Shown here: piece by piece, positions 43,803-53,956 of the stretch | How positions within the stretch are numbered: position 1 is the stretch's first letter | How the letters are laid out: each line of letters begins with the position of its first letter | Assembly (NCBI GenBank): GCA_965240325.2 | Contig: OZ251226.1 | Span: 682,001 to 746,000 of the forward strand | Source of the DNA: Rebecca billardiae RCC1528 | Taxonomy: Eukaryota; Protista; Haptophyta | Length of the DNA: 64,000 bases | Reading direction: 5' to 3' | Position numbers and translations under genes: made by a program | The notes under the pieces: model-generated | Databases searched by the model: none | Told to the model about the DNA's origin: nothing | Seen by the model: the letters and a program-made list of their open reading frames with translations, nothing else

Positions 43803-44300
43803 TAGTAAACAATGGAATGATGACGTTGAGAACCTCCTCCGACTGAGGAACTGGAAGCGACAGCGGAGGAGTTGCGAGAGTCGTGAGACGAGCACCGCCA
43901 CGCCGTGGCGCGTAATGTAGTCAGAGGACCTATATGACATCAACTGACACTGAGTCTGATGCCTGATGGCTGATGGTTCCGTGACGAGTTGTACCGTTAC
44001 TACTTGTCACACTGCACGGCGCCCGGCCAAGTTGTACTTGTAGTTATGACGATACTCAGTCTCAGCATAATGCATAGATCGACAGCTAGTGACAGCTAGA
44101 GCCAGAAAAGTAATAAGAGAGAGTCTTCAGGGACGGAACGCCTGTGTGAGCCTGTGACCGCCACCCGGGGTCACTCGTCGGTGCCAGCTTACCGGGCCTC
44201 CGACGCCGCCGAGTGATGATGACTGACGTAAGACAGACGACAAAATTACCGTAAGTCAGACGACGCGCGCGCGAGTCAACTGACTCAATCAAACTCAAAC

Positions 44301-45863
44301 TCAAAGGCCGAGCAGGCAGCGCCGAGGGTCGTCAGGTGCCAGTGGGAGAACGACCCTTCTTGCCATCACGACAGGAATGGATGAGGCGACCGCTGGTAAC
44401 GTTGCAGCTGCTCGGCGGTCAATGCCAAGGCTACCGAGCGCATCATCACAATGCGGAGGATCACCTTGGCTCCGCGTGCACGACTGCTGCTCAGGCGGGG
44501 CCTGCTCGGCGCCGACGTGGCTGTGAATGACTCCATCGTGCGAGCGCCAGAGCACGACTTGGACCGAGACCAGTGGCGGCGGCAGCGGCGAAGCCTGCGG
44601 CGGCAGCGGCGACTGCAGCTGCGGCGGCGTCTGCTGCTGTGCAGTGAAGTCACCGCGCGCGGCCTCGGCTCTGTGGTCAGCATGCTTCCGCTGTCGCTTG
44701 GCAGTGCGCATGGGCTGGCTGCCCGGACCGTGTTCTGCCAGCCTGTGCTTGTGCGCTGTGAGCTTCGGATGTCTGACGACCATGCCGGCCAGCTTGTGCT
44801 CAGCGCACCGGCTGGCGCGCGTGTCGCCCGGCATGCCGCATGACGGCCGTTTTGTGCAGCCGGCATGATCACACTGCTTGGGACTCCTCACATTGACCAT
44901 GCCGGCCAGCTTGTGCTCAGCGCACCGGCTGGGGCGCGTGTCGCCCAGCATGCCGTATGACGGCCTCTTCGTGCAGCCGGTATGAGAACACTTGCGGCTC
45001 CTCGCATCGACCATGCCGACCAGCTTGTGCTCAGCGCACCGGCTGGCGCGCGTGTCGCCCGGCATGCCGTATGACGGCTGTTTTGTGCAGCCCGCATGAT
45101 CGCACTTGGGGTTCATCACATTGACCATGCCGGCCAGCTTGTGCTCAGCGCACCGGCTGGGGCGCGTGTCGCCCAGCATGCCGTATGACGGCCACTTGGT
45201 GCAGCCGGTATGAGAACACTTGCGGCTCCTCACATCGACCATGCCGGCCAGCTTGTGCTCAGCGCACCTGCTGGCGCGCGCGTCGCCCGGCATGCCGCAT
45301 GACGGCTGTTTTGTGCAGCCCGCATGATCGCACTTGGGACTCCTCACATTGACCATGCCGGCCAGCTTGTGCTCAGCGCACCGGCTGGCGCGCTTGTCGC
45401 CCGGCATGCCGAATGAAGGCGCCTTCGTGCAGCCGGCATGATCGCACTTGGGGTTCCTCACATCGACCATGCCGGCCAGCTTGTGCTCCGCGCACCGGCT
45501 GGCGCGCTTGTCGCCCGGCATGCCGAATGATGGCCACGTCGCGCAGCCCGCATGATCACACTTGCGGCTCCTCGCATCGACCATGCCGACCAGCTTGTGC
45601 TCAGCGCACCGGCTGGCGCGCGTGTCGCCCGGCATGCCGTATGACGGCTGTTTTGTGCAGCCCGCGTGATCGCACGTGGGGTTCCTCACATTGACCATGC
45701 CGGCCAGCTTGTGCTCAGCGCACCGGCTGGGGCGCGTGTCGCCCGGCATGCCGAATGATGGCCACGTCGCGCAGCCGGTATGAGAACACTTGCGGCTCGT
45801 CACATCGACCATGCCGGCCAGCTTGTGCTCAGCGCACCGGCTGGCGCGCGTGTCGCCCGGCAT
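44301..45863 (-). CDS. EsV-1-7 cysteine-rich repeat protein, copy 2 (9.5 x 38-aa units)
   Basis: Same unit as 17530-18909; begins mid-unit at MPGDTRASRC. The tail shares PPPLVxVxxVxWRSxDGxIHS and IPVVMARR with copy 1. Confidence 0.87.
   Translation of the reverse strand: MPGDTRASRCAEHKLAGMVDVTSRKCSHTGCATWPSFGMPGDTRPSRCAEHKLAGMVNVRNPTCDHAGCTKQPSYGMPGDTRASRCAEHKLVGMVDARSRKCDHAGCATWPSFGMPGDKRASRCAEHKLAGMVDVRNPKCDHAGCTKAPSFGMPGDKRASRCAEHKLAGMVNVRSPKCDHAGCTKQPSCGMPGDARASRCAEHKLAGMVDVRSRKCSHTGCTKWPSYGMLGDTRPSRCAEHKLAGMVNVMNPKCDHAGCTKQPSYGMPGDTRASRCAEHKLVGMVDARSRKCSHTGCTKRPSYGMLGDTRPSRCAEHKLAGMVNVRSPKQCDHAGCTKRPSCGMPGDTRASRCAEHKLAGMVVRHPKLTAHKHRLAEHGPGSQPMRTAKRQRKHADHRAEAARGDFTAQQQTPPQLQSPLPPQASPLPPPLVSVQVVLWRSHDGVIHSHVGAEQAPPEQQSCTRSQGDPPHCDDALGSLGIDRRAAATLPAVASSIPVVMARRVVLPLAPDDPRRCLLGL
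44770..45863 (-). repeat. Coding tandem repeat, 114-bp period
   Basis: CAGCTTGTGCTC recurs at 114-nt spacing; one unit carries an extra Gln codon (KQCDH). Confidence 0.95.
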
Positions 45864-46105
45864 GCTGATTGTTGCGGACGGCCCTTGTCATGACAATTGA
45901 CAAGTCGTGTTGTGCCTCCCGCCGCCGCCGGGGTGTCGACGGGTCGCGATAGATCGGACTCGTCCTCATCCTTGCGACGACGAGCGACCGCGACGAGCAC
46001 CACCTCTCCCACCCAGCAAGCCTTCCTGATGACGACCAGCGCGAGCTCGACGGCGTCGCACCCAAAAGCCCTCAGCCCGGCCTCGCCGCAGGCCGGGCGG
46101 AGTTC

Positions 46106-49100
46106 GTGTCGTGCCCCAAGGACGTGTACGTAGGCGACCTGCCGCGCGCGCGAGGCGGCGATCCGAAGAGCCCTTCTACGGACGCGCTCGCCGCCGAGCT
46201 GCGCGCCCTGTTTGAAGTGTGCGGCCCGATCGAGGCGGTCGACGTCTCGACGCGTGGGCACGCGTTCATCAAGTTCGGCGCCGAGTCCGGTGCCGCCGCC
46301 GCGCTCCGGGCGCCGCGCTGGCAGCTGCGCGACGGGCAGGCGCTCCGCGTTGAGCCGGCGGGCGAGTCGCACCTGCACGCCCTGCGCCGCCGGCTCGACG
46401 GGCACGCGCTGCCTGAGTCGCAGCTTGCGGCCGACGCCGTGTACTGGACGCTCCCGTCCTGCGTCGGCGGCGGCCTCGTCGCCGCCCCGGCCACGGCCGC
46501 CACCTCGAAGAAGGCCGCAAAGCGCGCGCTCGCGGCCGCCAGCCTCAGCTTCCTGGCCGGCGCCGGGGGCGCGCATGCGGCGGAGCCCGCGGCGGAGCCC
46601 GCGGCGGAGCCCGCGGCCGAGCGCGCGGCGGAGCGCGCGGATGACGACGGAACGGCCCTTGGCGTGTCCATCGCCGTGGGCCCGCCCGCCGCTGCGCCAG
46701 CCGCCGAAGAACGTCCCGCGCCCACCGCGGCCGCGCTCGGCGCATGCGCGCGCGAGCCGGCGCGCGCGTGCGCGCGCGTGCGCAATGTGGCGCTGATCGC
46801 GCACGTCGACCACGGCAAGACGACGCTCGCGGACTGCCTGCTGGCCGCGTGCGGCGAGCTGAGCGCGGCGAAGGCGGGCAAGGCGTGCGCGCTCGACAAG
46901 GGCCTCGAGGCCGAGCGCGGCATCACCATCGACGCCTCGGCCGTCAGCCTCCACTCCGCGCCGCATGCGCTGCAGCTTTCGCTGATCGACTGCCCGGGGC
47001 ATGCGGAGTTCAACTCGGAGGTGACGTCGTCCCTGCGGCTGAGCGACGGCGCGCTGTGCGTGGTGGACGTGCAGGAGGGCGTGCGCGCGCAGACCGTCAC
47101 CACGCTGCGCCAGGCCCTCGCCGAGGGCGTGCGCCCGCTGCTCGTGCTCAACAAGCTCGACCGGCTGCTGCCGGGCGCGCGCGAGCAGGACTCGGGCGGC
47201 ACGCGCCGGCCGCTGTCCGACGAGCGGCTGCTCGACGTGCACGCGCAGATCGAGCGCGTGGTCGAGCAGGTGAACGGCGTGATCGCCGAGCACGGCGACG
47301 CTCGCGCGCCGCTCGTCTCGCTCGCCGACGGCTCCGTGCTCTTCGGCTCCGGCTTCCAGGGCTGGGTCGGGTCGCTCATGGCCGTGGCACGCCTGTACGC
47401 GTCGCGCGCGGCCTCGAGCGCGGCGGCGGCCGCGACCCCAGCGGAGGCCGCGGCGGCGGCCGAGGCCGCCCGCGCCGAGACCGAGGCGAAGGTGCTCCGG
47501 CTGATGACGAAGGGCGCCAGCGCCGCGCGCCACGTGTGCAAGCTCGCCCTGCGCCCCCTCGCCGAGCTGCACGCGCTCGCAGGCGAGCTGGACGTGCACG
47601 CCCTCGACGCGCGGCTCCGACAGGCACTTGGCCGCGGGCTGCGGCCGGAGCTGCTCGCACGCGCCGCCGGCGGCGGGGGCAAGCCCGTCGATGCCAAGGA
47701 GCTGCGCCGCGCGGCGCTCGGGAGCTTGCTGCCCGCGGCGGACACCCTGCTCGAGGCGATCGTCGCGCTGCTGCCCTCGCCCGCGGAGTCGCAGGCAGCG
47801 CGCGCCAACGCGCTGTGCGGCGTCCCGCCGCCCGGCGCGACGGCCGATGGCGGCGACGCCGCTACCGCCTCGCGCCGCCAGGCGACGGCCACGGCGGTGC
47901 GCGCGTGCGCGGCGGACGGGCCCCTCGTGGCGTACGTCGCGAAGATGGTGCCCGTCGGCGGCGGCTCCAAGGCCCACGCCGCGCTCGCGCGCGTGCTCTC
48001 CGGCACCGTGTCGCCGGGCTGCGACGTGTTCGTCATTGACGAGCCCAGCGCCAGCCAGGCGGACGGCGGCGGCGGGGCCGCGGGTGCTCGCGCGGGGCGC
48101 GCCCCGCGCGCGCCGACGGCGCGCAAGGCGCGCGTGACTCGGGTGCTCGTGTACGGCGCGGCGGGCTCTCGCGGCGTGGCGTGCGCGCGCGCGGGCGAGG
48201 TCTGCGCCCTCGTCGGCCTCGAGGGCGCGCTGCTCCGCGCCGGCACAGTCTCGGACGCGCCGGACACGCCGCCCCTCGCGCCACTCCGCTTTGAAGTGAG
48301 CGTGGTCGCGCGTCTGGCCGTCTCCATGCCTGAGGGCGGCGCGGGCGCGCGCAAGCTCGCCGAGGCGCTGCCGCAGCTCGCCAAGTCCGACCCGCTGGTG
48401 GAGGTGCGCTACGACGCCGAGACGCGCGAGCACGTCGTCGGTGGCTGCGGCGCGCTGCACCTCGAGGTGTGCGTCTCGCGGCTGCGCGAGCTGCTGGGAG
48501 CCGAGCTTGGCGCGCGGCTGCGAGCGCAGCCGGCCGCGGTCGCTCACCGCGAGGGCGTGCGCGCGCGCTCGACGCCCGAGGGCGGCCGGCTGGCAAAGAC
48601 GGCGAACAAGCTGAACCGCTTCTGGTTCGTCGCCTCGCCGCTCGAGCCCGAGCTCGTCTGCGCGCTCGAGGGCGGAGCGCTCCCGCCCCCGCGGCCCGAG
48701 GGCGCGCGCGCGCGCTGGCTCGCCGAGGCGCACGGCTGGGCGCGGCGCGACGCGCAGCGCGTGCTCGCGCTCGCGCCGGAGGGCGCGTGCCCGACCAACG
48801 TGCTCGTCGACTCGACGGTGGGCGTGCAAGGCATGGAGCTGGTCAAGGACTTGCTCTCAACCGCCTTCGAGCAGCTCTGCGCCGCAGGCCCGCTCGCCGC
48901 GCAGCCGCTGCGCGGCGTGCGCATCGACATCGTGGACGCTCTTGTCCACCCGGTGGCCAACAGCCGGCGCGCGCCGCAGGTCGTGCCCGCGGCCACGCGC
49001 GGCATGTCGGCGGCGGTGCTCGCCGCGGAGCCGACGATCCTCGAGCCGCTCAGCGAGGTGGTGTTCTCGGCGCAGCTGCGCGCGCTCGGCGCCGCGCACG

Positions 49101-49438
49101 ACGAGCTCGGCCGCCGCCGCGCCGCGGCCGTGTCTCACGAGCACCGTGAGAGTGCAGAGGAGGACGCGCCCGCGTGCTCGGCCGCGCCGCCGCCGGGCGC
49201 AGCCGAGGCCCCGTGCGACCTGTGCGCGCTCGTGCCGACGACAGAGACGAGTGGCCTCGCCGAGGCGCTGCGCGCGCGCGTCCCCGGAGGCGTGCGCCAC
49301 CTGCGCATCGGCTTCAGCCGCTGGCAGCCTCTCGATGACGACGAGGTCGACGTGTCGGCGTGCGTGACGCGGCTGCGCGCGGCCGCGTCGCTCGAGGGCG
49401 CGCCGCCCACGGCCGATCGGCTCACCGATCGGCTGTGA
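46106..49438 (+). CDS. Divergent elongation factor 2-like GTPase with an N-terminal RRM; start unresolved
   Basis: RRM: VYVGDLP...LRALFEVCGPIEAV...GHAFIKF. G domain: RNVALIAHVDHGKTTL, ERGITI, LIDCPGH, NKLDR. EF2 domains III-V: LAKSDP, GALHLEVC, KTANKLNRF, ILEP. Confidence 0.85.
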   Translation: MSCPKDVYVGDLPRARGGDPKSPSTDALAAELRALFEVCGPIEAVDVSTRGHAFIKFGAESGAAAALRAPRWQLRDGQALRVEPAGESHLHALRRRLDGHALPESQLAADAVYWTLPSCVGGGLVAAPATAATSKKAAKRALAAASLSFLAGAGGAHAAEPAAEPAAEPAAERAAERADDDGTALGVSIAVGPPAAAPAAEERPAPTAAALGACAREPARACARVRNVALIAHVDHGKTTLADCLLAACGELSAAKAGKACALDKGLEAERGITIDASAVSLHSAPHALQLSLIDCPGHAEFNSEVTSSLRLSDGALCVVDVQEGVRAQTVTTLRQALAEGVRPLLVLNKLDRLLPGAREQDSGGTRRPLSDERLLDVHAQIERVVEQVNGVIAEHGDARAPLVSLADGSVLFGSGFQGWVGSLMAVARLYASRAASSAAAAATPAEAAAAAEAARAETEAKVLRLMTKGASAARHVCKLALRPLAELHALAGELDVHALDARLRQALGRGLRPELLARAAGGGGKPVDAKELRRAALGSLLPAADTLLEAIVALLPSPAESQAARANALCGVPPPGATADGGDAATASRRQATATAVRACAADGPLVAYVAKMVPVGGGSKAHAALARVLSGTVSPGCDVFVIDEPSASQADGGGGAAGARAGRAPRAPTARKARVTRVLVYGAAGSRGVACARAGEVCALVGLEGALLRAGTVSDAPDTPPLAPLRFEVSVVARLAVSMPEGGAGARKLAEALPQLAKSDPLVEVRYDAETREHVVGGCGALHLEVCVSRLRELLGAELGARLRAQPAAVAHREGVRARSTPEGGRLAKTANKLNRFWFVASPLEPELVCALEGGALPPPRPEGARARWLAEAHGWARRDAQRVLALAPEGACPTNVLVDSTVGVQGMELVKDLLSTAFEQLCAAGPLAAQPLRGVRIDIVDALVHPVANSRRAPQVVPAATRGMSAAVLAAEPTILEPLSEVVFSAQLRALGAAHDELGRRRAAAVSHEHRESAEEDAPACSAAPPPGAAEAPCDLCALVPTTETSGLAEALRARVPGGVRHLRIGFSRWQPLDDDEVDVSACVTRLRAAASLEGAPPTADRLTDRL

Positions 49439-50141
49439 GACAAGAAGCAAGACTGGCAAGAGGCGTCGCGAGGCGCTGCGCCACGGCACACGCCGCTCGA
49501 CGAGGCACCGCGCCATACCCCGACGACGACCAACTCTTTCTCCTCACCACTGCCAGCAGCAGTCATCATCGTGCGCGCGTGTGCTCATCTTGCCTGAGCG
49601 GCCTGGCCCTGCGGCTGGGCCCGGCGCAGGCGCGCTGCGCAGCGCGGGATACGACTTTCGTTGAGCAAACAGGACGATGACTACGAGCAGTCGTCGTCGT
49701 CATCATCATCAAGTAACTACGTCATCCGCATCGTCGTTGACTACTTGATCCGAAGCATATGCATTCAGCCAGGCGGAGGGCGCGTGAGTCCGCCCCACAC
49801 CTCCGTTAACGTTTGCGCTATATATATATATATATATATATCACCGTTGATATATACTACTTCAAATTATTTTTGTCAGATCGAGCTGAGAACCAGTATA
49901 GCTACATGGTGCTGCTTAGCCTGACGGCTGATCAGCAGCGGGCCTTAGCATGAGTCATGATCATCCCAGGAGCCTCATCGCTGTCCTCACACTCGCAGTC
50001 GATTCGCATTTCGGCGCCAGGGCGTCGGACCAGCAGCCTCGCGGCGGGCTCCGCCCGTCAATCAGCAGCCCGTGGCTTGCATGGGAGCATCAGCGTGGTG
50101 CGGCGCGCCGCCGACATGCCAGCGTCACCCGGCTGAGTCGC

Positions 50142-51161
50142 TCAGATGGCCGTGCCCGCCGGCGGTGGTGCCGTCAGCAGCGCGAGCGCCGCCTGCAGGT
50201 TCTGCACGGCAGTTGGCACGTCGGAGAATTGCAGCGCGCTCACGGCGAACTTGGCGTGCCGCTGCGCGGCAAAGAGCGAGTCCGCGTGGGGCACGGCCGC
50301 CGGCGTTGGCGGCGGGACCGGCGCCGAGAGTGGCTGCGGCGGGGGCGCCGACTGCGGCGCTGGCGGCTGCGCATGGTGCGGGACAGTCGGCGGGACGTAC
50401 GCCGCCGGCGGTGGCGGGGGCATCGCCGGCGGCGGGTGGTGGTAGGCCGGCGGCGCGGCTGGGGGCGGCGGTTGTTGCGGCGGCACAGCTGGGGGCGTGG
50501 GTGCGAAAGCGCCTCCGCTACCTCCCGCACTGGGCGGCTGCGGGGGCGGCGCCTCGCCGCCGGCAGCGCCCTGCGCGCTGTCCGCGGCACCAGCCGCCCC
50601 ATCGCCCAGCCCGCCGCCGTCCTCGCCGCCGCCCCCGCCAGCCTGGCCGCCGAAGAGGTCATCGCCGCTGACGTCCGGCGGCGGCGCGGGTGGTCTGCCC
50701 TCCTTCGAGGCTTTGGATATCTCGACGAAGCGCCAGCGCGCGTACTTGTGCTTCTCCTGAAGGTCCGCCGGCAGCTCGCCGAACTGGCGGCACACGTCGA
50801 TCACGACGGACGCGGCGTAGAAGGCGCGGGCCACGCGCATGTCGCTCGTCCCCTGCCTGTCGAGCTCGTCCGCGCGGATGAAGAGGTCCTGCGCGAAGTT
50901 CTCCACGTGCACGCTGGGCACCTCCACGGCGGCGAGGTCCGTCTTCTGCTTCTCGCCCTCCATCGCGTCCATGAGCTCGAAGAGCACCGGCATGTCCTCC
51001 TTGGCCATCTTGGACCGCAGGTCGAGCGCCAGCTGCATGGCGTAGAGTCTGGTGTAGTACGCGACGATGGCGTCCTTCGGCGCGATCTCCTTCGCGCGCT
51101 GGAGGTAGGTGGCGATCGGTTTGAGCGCTGGAGGCAGCCCCTGCCCCGAGAGCGCGGCCAT
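50142..51161 (-). CDS. VTA1: Vacuolar protein sorting-associated protein Vta1/LIP5
   Basis: N-terminal MIT domains (LKPIATYLQRA..VAYYTRLYAM..KYARWR), Pro-rich linker, C-terminal VSL domain AQRHAKFAVSALQFSDVPTAVQNLQAAL. Confidence 0.95.
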   Translation of the reverse strand: MAALSGQGLPPALKPIATYLQRAKEIAPKDAIVAYYTRLYAMQLALDLRSKMAKEDMPVLFELMDAMEGEKQKTDLAAVEVPSVHVENFAQDLFIRADELDRQGTSDMRVARAFYAASVVIDVCRQFGELPADLQEKHKYARWRFVEISKASKEGRPPAPPPDVSGDDLFGGQAGGGGGEDGGGLGDGAAGAADSAQGAAGGEAPPPQPPSAGGSGGAFAPTPPAVPPQQPPPPAAPPAYHHPPPAMPPPPPAAYVPPTVPHHAQPPAPQSAPPPQPLSAPVPPPTPAAVPHADSLFAAQRHAKFAVSALQFSDVPTAVQNLQAALALLTAPPPAGTAI

Positions 51162-51350
51162 GGCGCCTTTCGCGCGCCACACTCAGCCGCTGGGCAGGCA
51201 GCCCGAGCCGGGCGTGAGCGCGGCGGGCGCCAGCGGAGTCCGGATGGGCCATCGCGGCTCAGTGACTCGCCATGGTGTCCGGGCCCAAACCTTCAGCCGC
51301 CAAAAAAGGCCAGGTAATTTGGTCGGAACCGTCTGCGCCCGCTCGTCACG

Positions 51351-52002
51351 ATGAAGCTCGGCCTGCTTGCGCTGCTGTTCGGCTCGGCGTCTGCGTTCCA
51401 GGCGGCTCCGCTGAGCCGTGTGGCGAAGGTGTGAGGCGGGCTGCGGGTGCTTTCGAGCGCGCACCAGCCAGCAGCGGGGTGATTGTGCGCCCTGCACGAG
51501 CGTACGTGGGCAGGCGATGTCCTGACGTGACAACGTGCTCGCGCGTGTGTGCCCACGTGTGCGCAGGCGCCGCTCAGCCGGCCCGTCGCGACCTCGGCGG
51601 TGACGGCGTCGCTGAAGCTGCCCGCTGGCACGCGCGACATCGTCGAGAAGGTCGCGCTCGCCTCGCTCGTTGCGGGCGCGGTCGCGGTCGCGCCGGCGCA
51701 CGCTGAGGAGTTTGTGAAGGCGGTGCCGGGCTCGGCCCAGATCGGCGAGTTCATCATCCCGTCGGGCGCCAAGGCGAGCGCGCAGGGCATCCTTGGCCCG
51801 CCGGGCGCCATCTTCTTCGCGTTCATCGGCATCTTCACCGCCACCACGCTGGGCACGGCTCCGTTGAAGGTGGATGCGCGCTCTGCGCAGCGTGTGAGCA
51901 GCAGCGTACTCTGGTGCTCACCATCCATACCCCTGCCCCCCCCTTCCCCGCGCGCCACGACGGCACGCGCAGGATGGTCTCCCGGGCCGCAAGATGAAGT
52001 AG
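51351..52002 (+). CDS. Small plastid/thylakoid-targeted single-TM protein; exons 51351-51428, 51567-51869, 51973-52002
   Basis: MKLGLLALLFGSASA|FQAAPLSR (signal peptide + ASA-F), transit peptide, thylakoid signal VALASLVAGAVAVAPAHA|EE, TM helix AIFFAFIGIFTATTLG, C-terminus LKDGLPGRKMK*. Both introns are phase 0. Confidence 0.8.
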
Positions 52003-52506
52003 ACTTGCAGCTGCGAGCGAAGCTATCGCTCCTGCCGACTTTGGGATTGCAACGGGGATCTGCTGCAGCTGCCCGCCAGTCCGTGCCCGCTGAAAGATCG
52101 GCTGCGGGCCTGTGGCGAGCGCTGCCACCGCTGCCATCACGTGTCAAGATCGTCGGCACGCGATGAATTCAGCGCGCTCGCTGCAAGGCTGATACATCGC
52201 GAGTACTCATCTCAGCGGCAGCGCTGGTCTAGCTGTGAGTGGAACTGGAAGTCATCCGTAGCTAAGTGTCACTTGCAGTTCACGGTGCCAAGTGACAAGT
52301 GTCGCAAATTATTAATTAATACTAGTATATATATATATATATATTTAAATACCGCGCCCGATCTAATAGTCCGCACCCGCCGGCGCTAGACTCGATCGTC
52401 ATCGAGTCACCGATCGAATGCCATCTGCCGGATTTTGCCGCGCCACGCCCACGCCGGGCTCGGCCGTGCACGCCTCGCGTGCGGCACGCGAGCGCTCCGC
52501 GCGGCC

Positions 52507-53808
52507 TCACACCGCGGCGATGGCTTCTGGCGGCAGCACAAACACGCGCGCGGTGTGGTCGTCCGACGTGCTCACGACTGCGGTCGCGCCGGGCGCGGGC
52601 GAGTACAGCAGCACGTCGAGCAGGCCCTGCGCGTGCCCGCTGAACGCGCGCACGAGCGTGCCCGAGCGGCCGTCCCACACGCGCGCCACGCCATCCAGGC
52701 CGCCCGTGACGACGAGCGAGAGCTCGGGGTGCCAGCGCAGCGAGCTGATCCCGTCGGGGTGCGCGCAGCGGTGGCGCAGCGTGAGCGCGTTCGTGTCCCA
52801 GATGCACAGGCTGCCGTCCAGCCCGGCGCTCGCGGCGAGTGCAAGGCCGCCGAGCGCGCAGAAGCCGATGCCCTCGACGCAGCCGGCGTGCTCGTGCCAG
52901 CTGGCGAGCACCGTGCCCTTCTCCAGGTGCGCGAGGAACACGCGGCCGTCGGCCACGCCGAAGAGCACGACGGGGCTGGCCGGGTGGCACGCGAGGCAGC
53001 TCACCGCGCCGTCCACCTCCTCCATGCCCGCGGGCGCGCCCACCTGCACGCAGTGCAGCACTTGCCCGGAGCGCGGGCTCCACACGCGCACGGTCGAGTC
53101 GTCGGCGCCGGTGACGATGGCCTTGCCGTCGCCCGAGAACGCGCCGCACGCGACGGACGCGGCGTGCGCGGCGAAGATCTGCATGCACTCCCCCTCGGGC
53201 ACCTTCCACATCCAGCAGGTCGTGTCCTCTGAGCCCACGAGGAGTACGTGCCCGCGCGCGTGCCACGCGAGCCAGTTGATCGCCTCGGACGGCCCTTCGA
53301 GGGTGCACGCGAGGGAGCCGTCGGCGACGTTCCACACGGCGACCACGCCGTCGAGCCCCGCGGTCGCGAGGTACTGCCCGTCGTGCGAGAAGCCGAGCGC
53401 GTTCACCGTGTCGCGGTGGCCGAGCAGCTCCTTGTGCACCGCGCCGGTGCCCGCGTCCCACAGGAAGGCGCGGTCGTCGCCGCCGCCGGTGGCGAGGAGC
53501 TGGGGCTGCGCGGGGCTGGCCGCGACGGCGTACACGGCCGCGCTGTGCGATCGCCATTGCACCGCGCTCTCGTCGGGCGGCGGCTCGGCCGCGGGCGCGG
53601 CCGCCGAGGACGGCCCAGCGCCGTCGTCCGCGACGTCCTCGTCGTTCGCGTCGGCCTCGCCGTCGTCGTCGCTGTCCACGGGCTGCATCTCGCTCTCTTC
53701 GAGCGTCTCGATCACCTCCGCGTCGATGAGGTCGGCCGCGTCGTCGCCGATCTCCTCGTCGAACGCATCGTCCGCCTCGGCCGCGGCCGCGTCGTCCTCC
53801 GCCTGCAT
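52507..53808 (-). CDS. AAMP: WD40 protein AAMP/Sqt1 (uL16/Rpl10 chaperone)
   Basis: Acidic N-terminus, then ATGGGDDRAFLW, GHRDTV..GFSHDGQYLATAGLDG, WLAWHARGHVLLVGSED..WMW. Confidence 0.9.
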   Translation of the reverse strand: MQAEDDAAAAEADDAFDEEIGDDAADLIDAEVIETLEESEMQPVDSDDDGEADANDEDVADDGAGPSSAAAPAAEPPPDESAVQWRSHSAAVYAVAASPAQPQLLATGGGDDRAFLWDAGTGAVHKELLGHRDTVNALGFSHDGQYLATAGLDGVVAVWNVADGSLACTLEGPSEAINWLAWHARGHVLLVGSEDTTCWMWKVPEGECMQIFAAHAASVACGAFSGDGKAIVTGADDSTVRVWSPRSGQVLHCVQVGAPAGMEEVDGAVSCLACHPASPVVLFGVADGRVFLAHLEKGTVLASWHEHAGCVEGIGFCALGGLALAASAGLDGSLCIWDTNALTLRHRCAHPDGISSLRWHPELSLVVTGGLDGVARVWDGRSGTLVRAFSGHAQGLLDVLLYSPAPGATAVVSTSDDHTARVFVLPPEAIAAV

Positions 53809-53956
53809 CGTCACGTCGACAGGACCGCTGTCGCTCCAAGCTGCCGAAATCTGCCCCCAAACGCGCCGACTGCGCCGGACGTCGTCGTGCGCATCACTCT
53901 GAACTCCCGGACGGCCGTTGGTGCAGGGAAAGAAATTGCAGGCCGCGACTCAAACG

